A stretch of 64,000 nucleotides of DNA from Octopus vulgaris (Eukaryota), in contig OX597841.1 in the NCBI GenBank assembly GCA_951406725.2, forward strand, positions 4,030,001 through 4,094,000, read 5' to 3'. This document shows positions 11,568 to 25,198 of the stretch, piece after piece (the first letter of the stretch is position 1; each line of letters begins with the position of its first letter). The notes under the pieces were generated by a model. It worked only from the letters and a program-made list of their open reading frames with translations. It did no database searches and was not told the origin of the DNA. The position numbers and the translations under genes are program-made.

Positions 11568-11808
11568 ACTCTTTACTCTTTACTCTTTACTCTTTTACTT
11601 GTTTCAGTCATTTTGACTGCGGCCATGCTGGAGCACCGCTTTTAGTCGAGCAAATCGACCCCGAGACTTATTCTTTTGTAAGCCCAGTGCTTATTCTATC
11701 GGTCTCTTTTGCCGAACCGCTAAGTGACGGGGACGTAAACACACCAGCATCGGTTGTCAAGCAATGCTAGGGGGACAAACACAGACACACAAACACACAC
11801 ACACACAC

Positions 11809-11847
<39 letters not shown>

Positions 11848-12017
11848 TATATACGACAGGCTTCTTTCAGTTTCCGTCTACCAAATCCACTCACAAGGCA
11901 TTGGTCGGCCAGGGGCTATAGCAGAAGACACTTGCCCAAGATGCCACGCAGTGGGACTGAACCCGGAACCATGTGGTTGGTTAGCAAGCTACTTACCACA
12001 CAGCCACTCCTGCGCCT
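11568..12017 (-). mobile_element. SINE family A, full length, inserted in a fold-back element
   Basis: Homology to family A. Confidence 0.92.
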
Positions 12018-12532
12018 ATTGTATGGAATTGCCATTGATATGCAAAAAAAAAAATATGCAAAAATATTTACCATATTTGGTAATAAAACCGATCTGAAAG
12101 AAGGAGCTTCATCATTGATGAATAAATAAAGAAGAACAGCACAGAGCAAAAAAAGAGATGTAATCATACCATTTTGCTTGCATCACAAGTGAAATGGTAT
12201 CCAGCTTTTCCCTTTTTCTTCTCTATCCTCTTCTTCTTTATTTATTCTTCACTCTGATGACGCTCATTCCTTTAGATCAGTTTTATTACCAAATATGATA
12301 TTTTTTTGCATATTTTCGCATAGCAGTGGCAATAGCATACTACACTGGAAACAGAAACAGGTGTTAGATGAGATGCAGTCTATTTTTCATTGAATTAATA
12401 AATAATAATTGATGTAAGTCAATTGTTTTTCACCAGTACTTCTCCATTTTCTGTTCTCTTTACACACACATATACACACACACACACAAACACACACATA
12501 CGCACACTCATTTAGAGCATTTTCTTAACATA

Positions 12533-12920
12533 GGCGCAGGAGGGGCTGTGTGGTAAGTAGCTTGCTAACCAACCACATGGTTCCGGGTTCAGTCCCACTG
12601 CGTGGCATCTTGGGCAAGTGTCTTCTACTATAGCCCCGGGCCGACCAAAGCCTTGTGAGTGGATTTGGTAGACGGAAACTGAAAGAAGCCTTATATGTGT
12701 GTGTGTATGTGTTTGTGTGTCTGTGTTTGTCCTCCTAGCATTGCTTGACAACCGATGCTGGTGTGTTTATGTCCCCGTTATTTAGCGGTTCGGCAAAAGA
12801 GACCGCTAAGATAAGTACTGGGCTTACAAAAGAATAAGTCCCGGGGTCGATTTACTCGACTAAAGACGGTGCTCCAGCATGGCCACAGTCAAATGACTGA
12901 AACAAGCAAAAGAGTAAAAG
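12533..12920 (+). mobile_element. SINE family A, full length
   Basis: Homology to family A. Confidence 0.92.
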
Positions 12921-13362
12921 GGTATTATAGTAGTTGGGATTATAATGTGAGCCTTAATTAGCCATGTTGGCAAAATGTAAACAAAATAATCAGGTTTATA
13001 TTTTTATGGCCAGAAAGAAAGAAAACGATATGAACGTCAAAAAATTTTCCTCGCATTTTTACATTTTTCTTTCTTAATTTTTCAGGTCCCAAATTAATGG
13101 AACGAAACTAACGGAAAACCAAAGTAAGACAAACGGAGATATTTGGGTTCAAATGATGACAGAGGCACCTTCCTTCAAACATCCAAGGCGTATATTTATA
13201 TAAAAAGAGACAATATCAAATACAAACGGTTCCTCTGGATTTCTCTTCTATATTTGCATCGAGTCTTATCTTTCCATTTTTCTTTTCTTCTTCCTTTTCT
13301 TTTCCTCTCACTTGAATATCTAAGTCTGGTGATGGCAGCGGTGGAGTGGAATGTGGTAGCAT

Positions 13363-14031
13363 AAGGCGGCGAGCTGGCAGAACCGTTAGCACGCCGGGCG
13401 AAATGCTTAGCGGTATTTCGTCTGTCGTTACGTTCTGAGTTCAAATTCCGCCGAGGTCGACTTTGCCTTTCATCCTTTTGGGGTCGATAAATTAAGTACC
13501 AGTTACGCACTGGGGTCGATGTAATCGACTTAATACCTATGTCTGTCCTTGTTTGTCCCCTCTGTGTTTAGCCCCTTGTGGGTAATAAAGAAATAGGTAT
13601 CTATTCCGTTATAAGGCGGCGAGCTGGCAGAAACGTTAGCACGCCGGGCGAAATGCTTAGCGGTATTTCGTCTGTCGTTACGTTCTGAGTTCAAATTCCG
13701 CCGAGGTCGACTTTGCCTTTCATCCTTTCGGGGTCGATAAATTAAGTACCAGTTACGCACTGGGGTCGATGTAATCGACTTAATACCTATGTCTGTCCTT
13801 GTTTGTCCCCTCTGTGTTTAGCCCCTTGTGGGTAATAAAGAAATAGGTATTTCGTCTGTCGTTACGTTCTGAGTTCAAATTCCGCCGAGGTCGACTTTGC
13901 CTTTCATCCTTTCGGAGTCGTTAAATTAAGTACCAGTTACGCACTGGGGTCGATGTAATCGACTTAATCGGCTTATCTGTCCTTGTTTGTCCTCTCTGTG
14001 TTTAGCCCCTTGTGGGCAGTAAAGAAATAGG
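13363..14031 (+). mobile_element. SINE family B tandem (head+body, head+body, body)
   Basis: Two AAGGCGGCGAGCTGGCAG heads and three body units. Confidence 0.92.
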
Positions 14032-14403
14032 AGAAGAGTGTGGTAGCATGTATGCCTGATGTTCGGTGATTTTGGAGTTGGAGGGGGTTTGGCCGACAGC
14101 GGTGTGTGTGTGTGTATGTGTGTGTGTGTCTGTGTGTGTGTGTGTGGTGTGGGGGTGCAGGGCGGGGTGATGATATTAGAGGGTGAAGTTTAAAAAACCC
14201 CAAAAAACTAATATACGTAATAAATAAGAAATGATTAAAGGACAGAATTTAAGGGGGACGAACGAAAAAGGAACAAAAACACGTGGACCCTTTGAAGGAC
14301 CATCTTACCACGCCGCACGCCATCACCTCATCCCTCTTTCATCCTATATTGTCGTCCCTTTCAGCAACAACACCAATACGAGCTTTTCACTCCTCCTCCT
14401 CCT

Positions 14404-14428
14404 AGTACTACTACTACTACCACTACTG

Positions 14429-14484
<56 letters not shown>

Positions 14485-14509
14485 GCTACAACCACCTCTA
14501 CTTCAATAC

Positions 14510-14540
<31 letters not shown>

Positions 14541-14560
14541 AACCACCTCTACTTCAATAC

Positions 14561-14591
<31 letters not shown>

Positions 14592-14611
14592 AACCACCTC
14601 TACGTCAATAC

Positions 14612-14648
<37 letters not shown>

Positions 14649-14668
14649 AACCACCTCTACTTCAATAC

Positions 14669-14714
<46 letters not shown>

Positions 14715-14734
14715 AACCACCTCTACGTCAATAC

Positions 14735-14765
<31 letters not shown>

Positions 14766-14784
14766 AACCACCTCTACTTCAATA

Positions 14785-14837
<53 letters not shown>

Positions 14838-14856
14838 AACCACCTCTACTACAATA

Positions 14857-14909
<53 letters not shown>

Positions 14910-14929
14910 AACCACCTCTACTTCAATAC

Positions 14930-14969
<40 letters not shown>

Positions 14970-15058
14970 AACCACCTCTACTTCAATACCTACTACTACT
15001 ACTACTACAACCACCTCTACGTCAATACCTACTACTACTACTACTACTACTACTACTG
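14404..15058. repeat. (CTA)n microsatellite with a recurring caaccacctcta(c/g)ttcaata-type interruption (higher-order repeat)
   Basis: Visible in the sequence. Confidence 0.93.
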
Positions 15059-15413
15059 CAGCAGCAACATCAACAACAATGTCGCTATTATTAGCGACAG
15101 CTATAATGTTTTTTTCTTAATTCGACACGATTTTTGTTTGCACGCGCAGAGAGGCCACTCCGTGGTCGCTTAACATGCTAGAAACAGCAGCCAAAAAAAC
15201 CTCTTTTAAAAAAAAAAACCCACTTCCCCCCCCCCCCCCCCACCCACCAACCGCCGTATCACACAAGGAAGGACACACAAATTCCTCTAAAGAAGCAAGA
15301 TGGTCACGGCCGGAATGTTTTTTTTTTAGATCATAGATTGACCCCCCCCCCCTCCTCAGTCAAGGTAGACCGACCTGGGGGGCTTAAACAACAGCATCAA
15401 CAATAATTACAAA

Positions 15414-15445
<32 letters not shown>

Positions 15446-15535
15446 GGAATCCTACAACAATGGACAATAAAATGTAACGGACGAATACATGCCTCCACAT
15501 AACAGCAAGCATGATGACGATGATGATGATGATGT

Positions 15536-15609
<74 letters not shown>

Positions 15610-15681
15610 CATAGAGTTGTTTTCTTTATTTCTACATTATCATCGAATGTTGTAAGTAATATCATGATGGCAATTTCTTAC

Positions 15682-15847
15682 AGGTACCGGTGTGGCTGTG
15701 AGTGGTAAGGAGCTTGCTTCCCGACCACACGATTCCGGGTTCAGTCCCACTGCGTGGCACCTTGGCCAAGTGTCTTCTACTATATAGCCTCGGGCCGACC
15801 AAAGCCTTGTGAGTGGATTTGGTAGACGGAAACTGAAAGAAGATCGT

Positions 15848-15850
<3 letters not shown>
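15682..15850 (+). mobile_element. SINE family A, 5' half
   Basis: Homology to the family A head. Confidence 0.85.
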
Positions 15851-15911
<61 letters not shown>

Positions 15912-15941
15912 TAGGAAAAAGCAACAAGAATGGATTAAAAT

Positions 15942-16027
15942 CTCGGTACGATCGTTTCGTACGAGGACATCTTTAATAAGCTACAAAAAATGCAGTGAAT
16001 ACAGATGGCTCGTACTCGTCAGCCGAA
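15942..16027 (-). ncRNA. Type I hammerhead motif, canonical core
   Basis: Minus strand reads TCGG CTGACGA GTACGAG...CTCGTAC GAAA CGATCG TA CCGA. Confidence 0.85.
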
Positions 16028-16068
16028 AAAACATCAGAGAATTCCCAAACATCAAAAGGGGTAGATAC

Positions 16069-16106
<38 letters not shown>

Positions 16107-16186
16107 TAGTGTAGGAAGGAATATATATATATTTTGTGTAGGAAGGAATGGAGCTGAACGAAGATTTAACAAAATTCCTTTTTATT

Positions 16187-16272
16187 ATTTTCTACATATG
16201 TTTCAAAGGCTGCAAAGTCCCTAATTCGGATTGAATAAGGAGACCATTTTGCAGCCTTCTCTTCAGGAAAAT
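16187..16272 (-). ncRNA. Type I hammerhead motif, canonical core, long stem II
   Basis: Minus strand reads ATTTTC CTGAAGA GAAGGCTGCAAA...TTTGCAGCCTTT GAAA CATATG TA GAAAAT. Confidence 0.85.
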
Positions 16273-16432
16273 CCAGGAACTTAATTCTCCAACAAAATGC
16301 ACATCAAACTTTTCGACAAACGCTCGCGAGGAGCCCATGGGAACCGTGATTTTTCTGTTGTGAGTTTTGCTACCCAGGTATCGGTTATCTTTTGAATAAT
16401 CCGTAACAAGATAATTCATTTATCCATTTCAA

Positions 16433-16483
<51 letters not shown>

Positions 16484-16599
16484 ATACGTATATATCGGAG
16501 TAAACACATAAATGTGAAACAAGGTGGAAAAAAAGAGTACTCAAATACCAGGGGTGGAGTAATATGCTTTATTTAAAAGCAGCAGAAATTCAACAAAAC

Positions 16600-16637
16600 C
16601 TGTTACTCGGAGTTTCACGTTCCCGATCGTCGGACAG
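16600..16637 (-). ncRNA. Minimal hammerhead motif, U4C core (second copy 16818-16855)
   Basis: Minus strand reads CTGT CCGACGA (A/T)CG-GGAA-CGT GAAA CTC-C-GAG TA ACAG. Confidence 0.72.
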
Positions 16638-16656
16638 TTTTGTTCCGAACAAATAA

Positions 16657-16748
<92 letters not shown>

Positions 16749-16863
16749 CGGAGTCACATAAATGTGAAACAGTGTAGAGTAATATGCTTTATTTAAAAGC
16801 CAGAAATTCAACAAAACCTGTTACTCGGAGTTTCACGTTCCCGTTCGTCGGACAGTTTTGTTC

Positions 16864-16916
<53 letters not shown>

Positions 16917-16999
16917 TCTTTTTTTTTCAGGATTAAGTAAAATGACAACAAGCGGAAAATATATTTTTTCTACTCTAGGTACAAATTTTTTTTGAGAGA

Positions 17000-17322
17000 C
17001 CAGTCGATTAGACGCAACTGGTATTTAATTTTTTTCGACCCCGAAAAGATGAAAGGCAACGTCGACCTCGGCAGAATTTGAACTCAGAACGCAAAGACAG
17101 ACGAAATACCTATTTCCTTACTACAGAGAGGACAAACAAGGACAGACAAACGGATTAAGTCGATTATATCGACCCCATTGCGTAACGGGTACTTAATTTA
17201 TCGACCCCGAAAGGATGAAAGACAATGTCGACCTCGGCGGAATTTGAACTCAGAACGTAACGGCAGACGAAGTACCGCTAAGCATTTCGCCCGGCGTGTT
17301 AACGTTCCTGCCAGCTCGCCGC
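17000..17322 (-). mobile_element. SINE family B, diverged
   Basis: Homology to family B. Confidence 0.85.
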
Positions 17323-17432
17323 TTTACAAACAGTAAATATAACATACCTGTAAATATATATATATATATATATATATACATACATACATACATACATACA
17401 TACATACATACATACATACATACATACATACA

Positions 17433-17468
<36 letters not shown>

Positions 17469-17469
17469 T

Positions 17470-17670
17470 ATGTATATAAAGGGAAAGTTTACGAAAATAA
17501 GCAAAAGACGAAGGCAGGTGGAGTACAAACAAACAAATGTATTAGTATAGCGCTCAGGAATAGAAATAGAAAAGTCTTTTACATTTCGAGCCTACGCTCT
17601 TCGTCAGAAAGATACACAGAGAGAAAAACAAGGAGAGAAACAAGGAGAGAAAAAATTCGTGTAGGAGCTA
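17470..17670 (-). mobile_element. ~210-bp hammerhead-bearing repeat (same family as 30078-30270 and 50056-50830); HHR at 17575-17612
   Basis: Minus strand reads TCTTT CTGACGA A GAGC-GTAG-GCTC GAAA TG TA AAAGA; abuts a TA-rich microsatellite. Confidence 0.7.
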
Positions 17671-17853
17671 AGTCGCTGAAAAGTTTGCAAATGGTAACGT
17701 AAGAACTTTCACGAAAAATAAAAAGAAAAAAGAAGATTGACAGTTTTAACCAACGAGTTAAACAATCGATTGGTTATTTGGATAGATACTGAAACAACTG
17801 ACTTGAAGTGGTGCGTGTGTTATTAATATTGGCATTAATGACTCTCTTTATGC

Positions 17854-17947
<94 letters not shown>

Positions 17948-18195
17948 GTATAGAAATTAAATATAAAATATAAATTACAAAGTGGGACAAGAACACAAAA
18001 ACACACAAAGAGACGACACAAAAAAACAGACGGGTCACTCGAAGCCTCTAATCTTCAGTCGGGAACCGGATCATCTTAGTAATTTCGGCTGTTTAATCTC
18101 GATATTACTCCGACCCGGCCAGCTCCAAGGAAAATCCAAGCCACAGGCATTGGATTTCTTGGAAAGAGGGTCGAATGTATACGACACAAAGACAT

Positions 18196-18612
18196 AGGCG
18201 CAGGAGTGGCTGTGTGGTAAGTAGCTTGCTAACCAACCACATGGTTCCGGGTTCAGTCCCACTGTGTGGCACCTTGGGCAAGTGTCTTCTGCTATAGCCC
18301 CGGGCCGACCAATGCCTTGTGAGTGGATTTGGTAGACGGAAACTGAAAGAAGCCTGTCGTATATATGTATATATATATGTGTGTGTATATGTTTGTGTGT
18401 CTGTGTTTGTCCCCCTAGCATTGCTTGACAACCGATGCTGGTGTGTTTATGTCCCCGTCACTTAGTGGTTCGGCAAAAGAGACCGATAGAATAAGTACTG
18501 GGCTTACAAAGAATAAGTCCCAGGGTCGATTTGCTCGACTAAAGGCGGTGCTCCAGCATGGCAGCAGTCAAATGACTGAAACAAGTAAAAGAGTAAAGAG
18601 TAAAGAGTAAAA
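18196..18612 (+). mobile_element. SINE family A, full length
   Basis: Homology to family A. Confidence 0.92.
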
Positions 18613-18865
18613 GAGGATGCCACACGAATAGAAATACAAGAAACAAAAATAGAAATAAAAAACAGAAATAAAAAACACGAATGGTGGACAGTACAAGGAC
18701 AGGGGCGTCTTACGACTTTAGACAATTTTAAACTTATCTTGGCTGGCGTATATGAAAAAAGCCTTCAACGGCAAAAACGAAAACAACGTTAACGTGGCCG
18801 CGGTCAGGCCGAAATGACCAGTTTGAACGCGGTCACGTGAGAGCACGGAAGAAAGAGAAAGAAAA

Positions 18866-18908
<43 letters not shown>

Positions 18909-18934
18909 ATTACAGATATAGGGTTTACTCCCCT

Positions 18935-19336
18935 ACGACAAAACTACGAACCTTTTTTTTCAGCAGTACTATTTTGTGACTCACGTGGTAGAATTCTGAA
19001 GGGAAATACGAATTCACTTGTCTATATAAATGTGGATATGCTGGTTGGCTTTTATATTTTCCGATGTCGCTTGATCGAAAATATAAGAGGTTAGTTTTCC
19101 TAGCATTTCTAGATTTATAGGGAATATTATGTCGATAAAGGAAATGAATCTTAACCCATAATTAACCGAAGATTGTGTGATTTCATTATTTTTTCTTCTT
19201 TTTTTGCCATATGTGAGTTACAAATATCGTGTCTGTGGAGACTTATTTTTGTATTAAAAGGAAATAGTAGTCTTTTGGCTGCTATTTCTAAAATTTTCGG
19301 TATGTGGTTTAAGCAACTTGTTTGCAAAAATCCTTG

Positions 19337-19424
<88 letters not shown>

Positions 19425-20086
19425 AGTTAATCCAAACAAGAAAACAAAAAAGACAACAACGCAAAGAGGTGGAACAATTAAAGTATTATTGGGCGCTCAG
19501 GAAAAAAAGGGAAGAAGGATATATATATATATGTATATATATACACACACACATATATATATTTATTATTCAAAGAAATTCCAACTCTGCTTTTTATGTT
19601 TCAACTGTTGAAACACTCCTGTCGCAACCTGGGACCTTGAAGACCGCTTTAATGCAAGAAAGTATACTAGTCCCTTAATATTTTATATTCAATATATCAT
19701 CTATTCAATAAGACAATCAACACTTCATTTCATTTTACTATATATATATTATTTGTACTATATATTCTATATTCTACATTAATATTATAAAGAATATAAA
19801 TAAAACATAAAAATCAGACAGAGTTGGAATTTCTTTGAATAATATATATATCTCTATACACAATCATACAAACCATATATATCTACAGATTTTTGTTTCA
19901 GGATTAAGTAAAAAGACAACAAACGGAAAATAAATTTTTTTCTACTCTAAGCACAAATAAATAACACTGAAGCAAAGTAACACCAAATATATAGTGCGTG
20001 TGTTTTATTGGCTAAACTGGCAAAATGACCATTCCGAAATACAACAATATCTGTTTCAACACACGACTTCACATAAAAAATCTTGC

Positions 20087-20143
<57 letters not shown>

Positions 20144-20565
20144 CAAAACTACGAAACTTCGTTTCTGCAGTACTGTTTTGTGACTCACGTGGTGAGATTT
20201 TTGGAGGGAGATACGAATTCGCTTGTCTATATAAATGTGGATATGCTAGTGGACTTTTGTGTCTTTCGATGTCGCTTGATCGAAAATATAAAAGGTAAAT
20301 TTTTCCTAGCATTTCTAGATTTATGGAAAATATTATGTTGATAAGGAAATGAAGCTTACAATTCTGATCCAGGAACGGTCGTCCATAATTAATCCGTAGA
20401 CTGTGTGGTTTCGTTGTTTTTCTTCTTCTTTTACCATATGTGAGTTACAAATACTGTTGTTTGTGGAGACTTATTTTTGTATTAAAAGAAATAGTAGTCC
20501 TTTGACTGCTATTTCTAATATCTTCGGTATGTGGTTGAAGCAACTTGTTGCAAAAAAACCCCTTA
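18935..20565. repeat. Two diverged direct copies (~18935-19335 and ~20145-20565) of a ~400-bp TA-flanked interspersed repeat
   Basis: Shared blocks include caaaactacgaa, tgtgactcacgtggt, gatgtcgcttgatcgaaaatata and aagcaacttgtt. Confidence 0.8.
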
Positions 20566-20607
<42 letters not shown>

Positions 20608-20650
20608 AATTAATAAATAAATGAAACATATGCATATATACATACATACA

Positions 20651-21309
20651 TACATATATGTACGTACCTACCTCTACATGTATATATACATGCATATATG
20701 GGTACAGAACACCAAAAAAAAAAACGTCGAACACAATGAGAAACGAAAACATAAACACAAAACCAAGGAAATGGACATTTTTCTTAAACAACGAAAAAAT
20801 AGAGTACAGGACATACAAAACAAGGAAAAATTCCCCTTCTTCAGTCGCCATGGTTTCATCTACTCCACGTTTCGAAGGTCAAGGCGATACATGGCTTTAA
20901 TGAAACTTTCCCTTCCCGCGAAAATCAAATTAAATAAAATTTGAGATTTTTTTGCGGAGGGGTAACAATGGTAACAAAAACAGGACAGTAACGACAGTAC
21001 AAAATATAAACAGTAAAAGACAGGACAAGGAGAATAACAGTTACACAAACAAGAAGGGTTGTTAGGAAAGTTTCATTAAAGTCATGTATCGCCTTGACCT
21101 TCGAAACGTGGAGTAGATGAATCTAAGGCGACTGAAGAAGGGGAATTTTCTTTGTTTTGTATGTCTTGTACTCTATTTTTTCGTTGTTTAAGAAAAATGT
21201 CCATTTCCTTGGTTTTTGTGTTTATGTTTTCGTTTCTCATTGTGTTCGACGTTTTTTTTGGTGTCCTGTACCCATATATGTATGTATATATACATGTAGA
21301 GGTAGGTAC

Positions 21310-21320
<11 letters not shown>
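20651..21320. repeat. Fold-back element (inverted arms ~20651-20910 and ~21065-21320)
   Basis: The arms are diverged reverse complements, flanked by TA-rich tracts. Confidence 0.9.
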
Positions 21321-21352
<32 letters not shown>

Positions 21353-21364
21353 CAACATAAAAAA

Positions 21365-21653
21365 GTAAAGATCGTCTTCAGTCATGATTAACCATGGGAT
21401 TGCACCTAGAAAGTTCTCCTCTGAGGCACAAGTCTGGGCAAGGTTGTTTGTGGAAGACCCGTAGTCACCAATGCATACCAGCCGCCCCTCTCCGCGCCAC
21501 TGATGTTATCCAAGGGAAAAGCAAAGGGGCCGATACAGCTTGGCACTAGAGACGTCGCAACTCATTTCTACAGCTGAGTTAACTGGAGCAACGTGAAAAA
21601 TAAAATGTCTTGCTCAATAGCAGAACATAGCTCAGTCCAAGAATCGAACTCAC
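21365..21653 (-). mobile_element. Probable SINE (family D) with B-box-like head remnant and LINE-like 3' tail
   Basis: The minus strand begins GTGAGTTCGATTC (B-box-like). Assignment rests on remembered resemblance; there is no second copy in the window. Confidence 0.55.
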
Positions 21654-21659
21654 TTTTGT

Positions 21660-22600
21660 TTACACGTCGCGTCTCTACTGCCCGGGCCCACCGGAAGTCT
21701 TTAGTTCCTTGGTGTTTTAGCGCACGGGCCATAGCTCTGGACAACGCATCCTTCGTATTTCGCCTCAAAGAAATGGTCAAGGGCCATCCTCACCGCCAAC
21801 AACCTCGGTCGCGATGTCTTTACTAATAGCCTCTTCTAGTTTGCTAATTAGTTCTCCTTTTAATCTGTTGCTTTCTATTGCTAAATATTTGCTAAACGCT
21901 ATCGATTCTACTCTAATCGCTCTCTTCAGAGCGAGCCATCACCGGTTGTTGACGATAGCCCCCGTCAACTGCCGTTTAACAAGTTCGCTGATCCGGTCCT
22001 TGTAGTCTTTGCGAGCGTATAAATAACCGGGTCTCTGTCTACGGGTCCTATCTAAATCGACTGAACATATCACATATTTGTGATCTGTGTAGCCGATCAA
22101 TTTAAATTGTGAACAACCTATGCGGTCCTTATCCTCAGACGTTACAAATACTCTATCTAAATACGATCTAGATGACCCGCTGTGGTTGTTCCATATCCAC
22201 ACTGACACATCAAGGAAATCCAGTCGGATACCTGTCAGAAAGCTGGAAAGTCCTGAGCAGGTTTTCGAGGCTTTTACACCCACTTCTACTATGTATAAAA
22301 CGCACACAGTCCTTCCGTGCGTCGAAAATATTAATCCAGTCCCCGACTTGTACAAAAATCCAAGACGTTCCCATGAAAATTTCTAGACGCCTAAAGAAAT
22401 TTGCCCTTCCAGCACCTGTTAGGACACAAACAGCCATCAGTCTAAATAGACGACCTTCGCTACCATTCACGCCCAGGACCACCATTCTACCATCCGGGTC
22501 CAAAAAGATAGCCCGTCCTTGGAGATCTAAGGATTTCTGAAGTAGCCCGATAGACCACAAGATGAGAATAACTCCTAGTCTTCGAAAATGGATAAAAGAG
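21660..22600 (-). pseudogene. Decayed L1/Tx1-type non-LTR retrotransposon ORF2 fragment (APE endonuclease domain)
   Basis: Frameshifted peptides with [15 protein letters not shown] (GDFN-like), SYLDRVFV and TDHKYV (SDH-like) motifs. Confidence 0.85.
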
Positions 22601-22686
22601 CGTGTTTTCAGGAGATGCTTGTTTCACTGTGTGGTTGGGAAGCAAGCTTCTGACCACACAGCCACTCCAGCGCCTATCTCTCTCTT

Positions 22687-22807
<121 letters not shown>

Positions 22808-22852
22808 GTATATATATGTATGTATGTATATGTATATATATATATATGTATG

Positions 22853-22926
<74 letters not shown>

Positions 22927-23184
22927 GAAATGAGGTACTCAGAAAATCGGATGGTTTATATTTACAGATATTTATTTGTATATTACATTTTTTATACATC
23001 ATATAACTTAGATGATGTATTAGCGCTTTCTCCCATTCTAGTGGGTTTTCAAATAAAACTAAGTTCCTGTGTGAGGAGTTTTGACCATTTTATAGTGGTA
23101 TTGAGTTTGTAGTGGTGGTGGGGGGAATATAAGACAGTACAAGAGGGTGATGGATGAGGAGAAATATATATATATATATTTATG

Positions 23185-23891
23185 CCTTGAGAGTGGATTT
23201 GGTAGAGGGAAACTAAAAGAAGCATATTGTATATATGTATATATATATGTGCATTTGTGAGTGTTTGTCCCTCCAGCATCACTTGATAACCGATGTTTAA
23301 ATGTGTTTACTTCCCCATAACTTAGCGGTTCGGCAAAGAAGACGATAGAATAAGTACTAGACTTAGAAAGATTAAGTTCTGGGGTTTGAGTTGTTCGACT
23401 AAAAGGCTGCGCTCCTGCATGGCCGCAGTCGAACGACTAAAACAAGTAAAAAAAAAAATAAAAGAATCTATACATATGTACGCAGGAGTGGCTGTGTGGT
23501 AAGTAGCTTGTTTACCAACTACATGGTTCCGGGTTCAATCCCACTGCGTGGCACCTTGGGCAAGTGTCTTCTACTATAGCCTCAGGCTGACCAAAGCCTT
23601 GTGAGTGGATTTGGTAGACGGAAACTGAAAGAAGCCCGTCGTATATATGTATATATATATGTGTGTATGTGTGTGTTTGTGTGTCTGTGTTTGTCCCCCT
23701 AGCATTGCTTGACAACCGATGCTGGTGTGTTTACGTCCCCGTCACTTAGCGGTTCGGCAAAAGAGACCGATAGAATAAGTACTGGGCTTACAAAAGAATA
23801 AGTCCCCGGGGGTCGATTTGCTCGACTAAAAGGCGGTGCTCCAGCATGGCCGCAGTCAAATGACTGAAACAAGTAAAAAGAGTAAAAAGAG
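23185..23891 (+). mobile_element. Two adjacent SINE family A copies (diverged 3' part 23185-23450; near full length 23481-23891)
   Basis: Homology to family A. Confidence 0.88.
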
Positions 23892-23899
23892 TATATAGA

Positions 23900-24083
<184 letters not shown>

Positions 24084-24096
24084 TGTGTGTGTGTGC

Positions 24097-24137
<41 letters not shown>

Positions 24138-24637
24138 TGTGCATAAGTTTTATATGGATTTATTTCCTTTGTATCAGACATGTATTCATTTCTTACTGGC
24201 AACGTCTATCTAGTTTTATTGCCTAATAATCTTGTGCGCTCAGACGTTTCGACTTGATGATTTACTGGCTTCTCTAGCATTTAACCTTCTTCTCTCCCTC
24301 CCCCTACACTCATTTTCTCTCTCTCGCGCGCGTATGAGCTTTAATAGAGGCGCCTACGTTGTTTTGACGTTCTTGATATAATGCTTTGTCTGCTATTTAT
24401 GTAGCCTACGTAGTTTGATCATTTGCATAACGGGGCAAAGTCTATATAGAGATATTCGGAGCTTAAACATTGATCATTGTATTTATGACGCGACACTGAT
24501 GAGGTGAACATAATTGCATAATGTCTCTGCTTGTTATGTAATCACCTCGACAAATTGATGAAACGCGTGTATATCCAGTAAAGCTTTGAATACGATACCT
24601 GTTTTCTGCTTATTATCTCTTTCTGTGTTTTTATATA

Positions 24638-25062
24638 GACGCAGGAGTGACTGTGTGGCAAGTAGCTTTCTTACCAACCACATGGCTCCGGGTTCAGTCC
24701 CACTGCGTAGCATCTTGGGCAAGTGTCTTCTATTATAGCCTCGGGCCAACAAAAGCCTTGTGAGTGGATTTGGTAGACGGAAACTGAAAGAAGCCCGTCG
24801 TATATATGTATATATATATATATGTATATATATGTATGTGTGTGTATATGTTTGTGCGTCTGTGTTTGTCCCCCCAACTTCGCTTGACAACCGATGGTGG
24901 TGTGCTTACGTCCCCGTAACTCAGAGGTTCGGCAAAAGAGACCGATAGAAAAAGTACTAGGCTTACAAAGAATAAGTCCTGGGGTCGATTTGCTCGACTA
25001 AAGACGATACTCCAGCATGGCCGCAGTCAAATAACTGAAACAAGTAAAAGAGTAAAGGAGTA
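24638..25062 (+). mobile_element. SINE family A
   Basis: Homology to family A. Confidence 0.9.
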
Positions 25063-25105
25063 AATGTATGTATGTATGCATATATTTATATATTATTTAT
25101 ATTAT

Positions 25106-25198
<93 letters not shown>

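Noticed and set aside
18045-18100. GAAA...CTGAAGA order suggesting permuted (type II) hammerheads here, at ~21098-21145 and at ~33018-33105
   Set aside because: At 33 kb a 7-bp stem II can form, but convincing stems I and III with a UH site cannot be built by eye at any of the three sites.
24490-24572. CTGATGA...GAAACGCGT hammerhead-like motif
   Set aside because: There are extra nucleotides between stem II and GAAA, G at position 17 and no clear stem I; at best a decayed copy.
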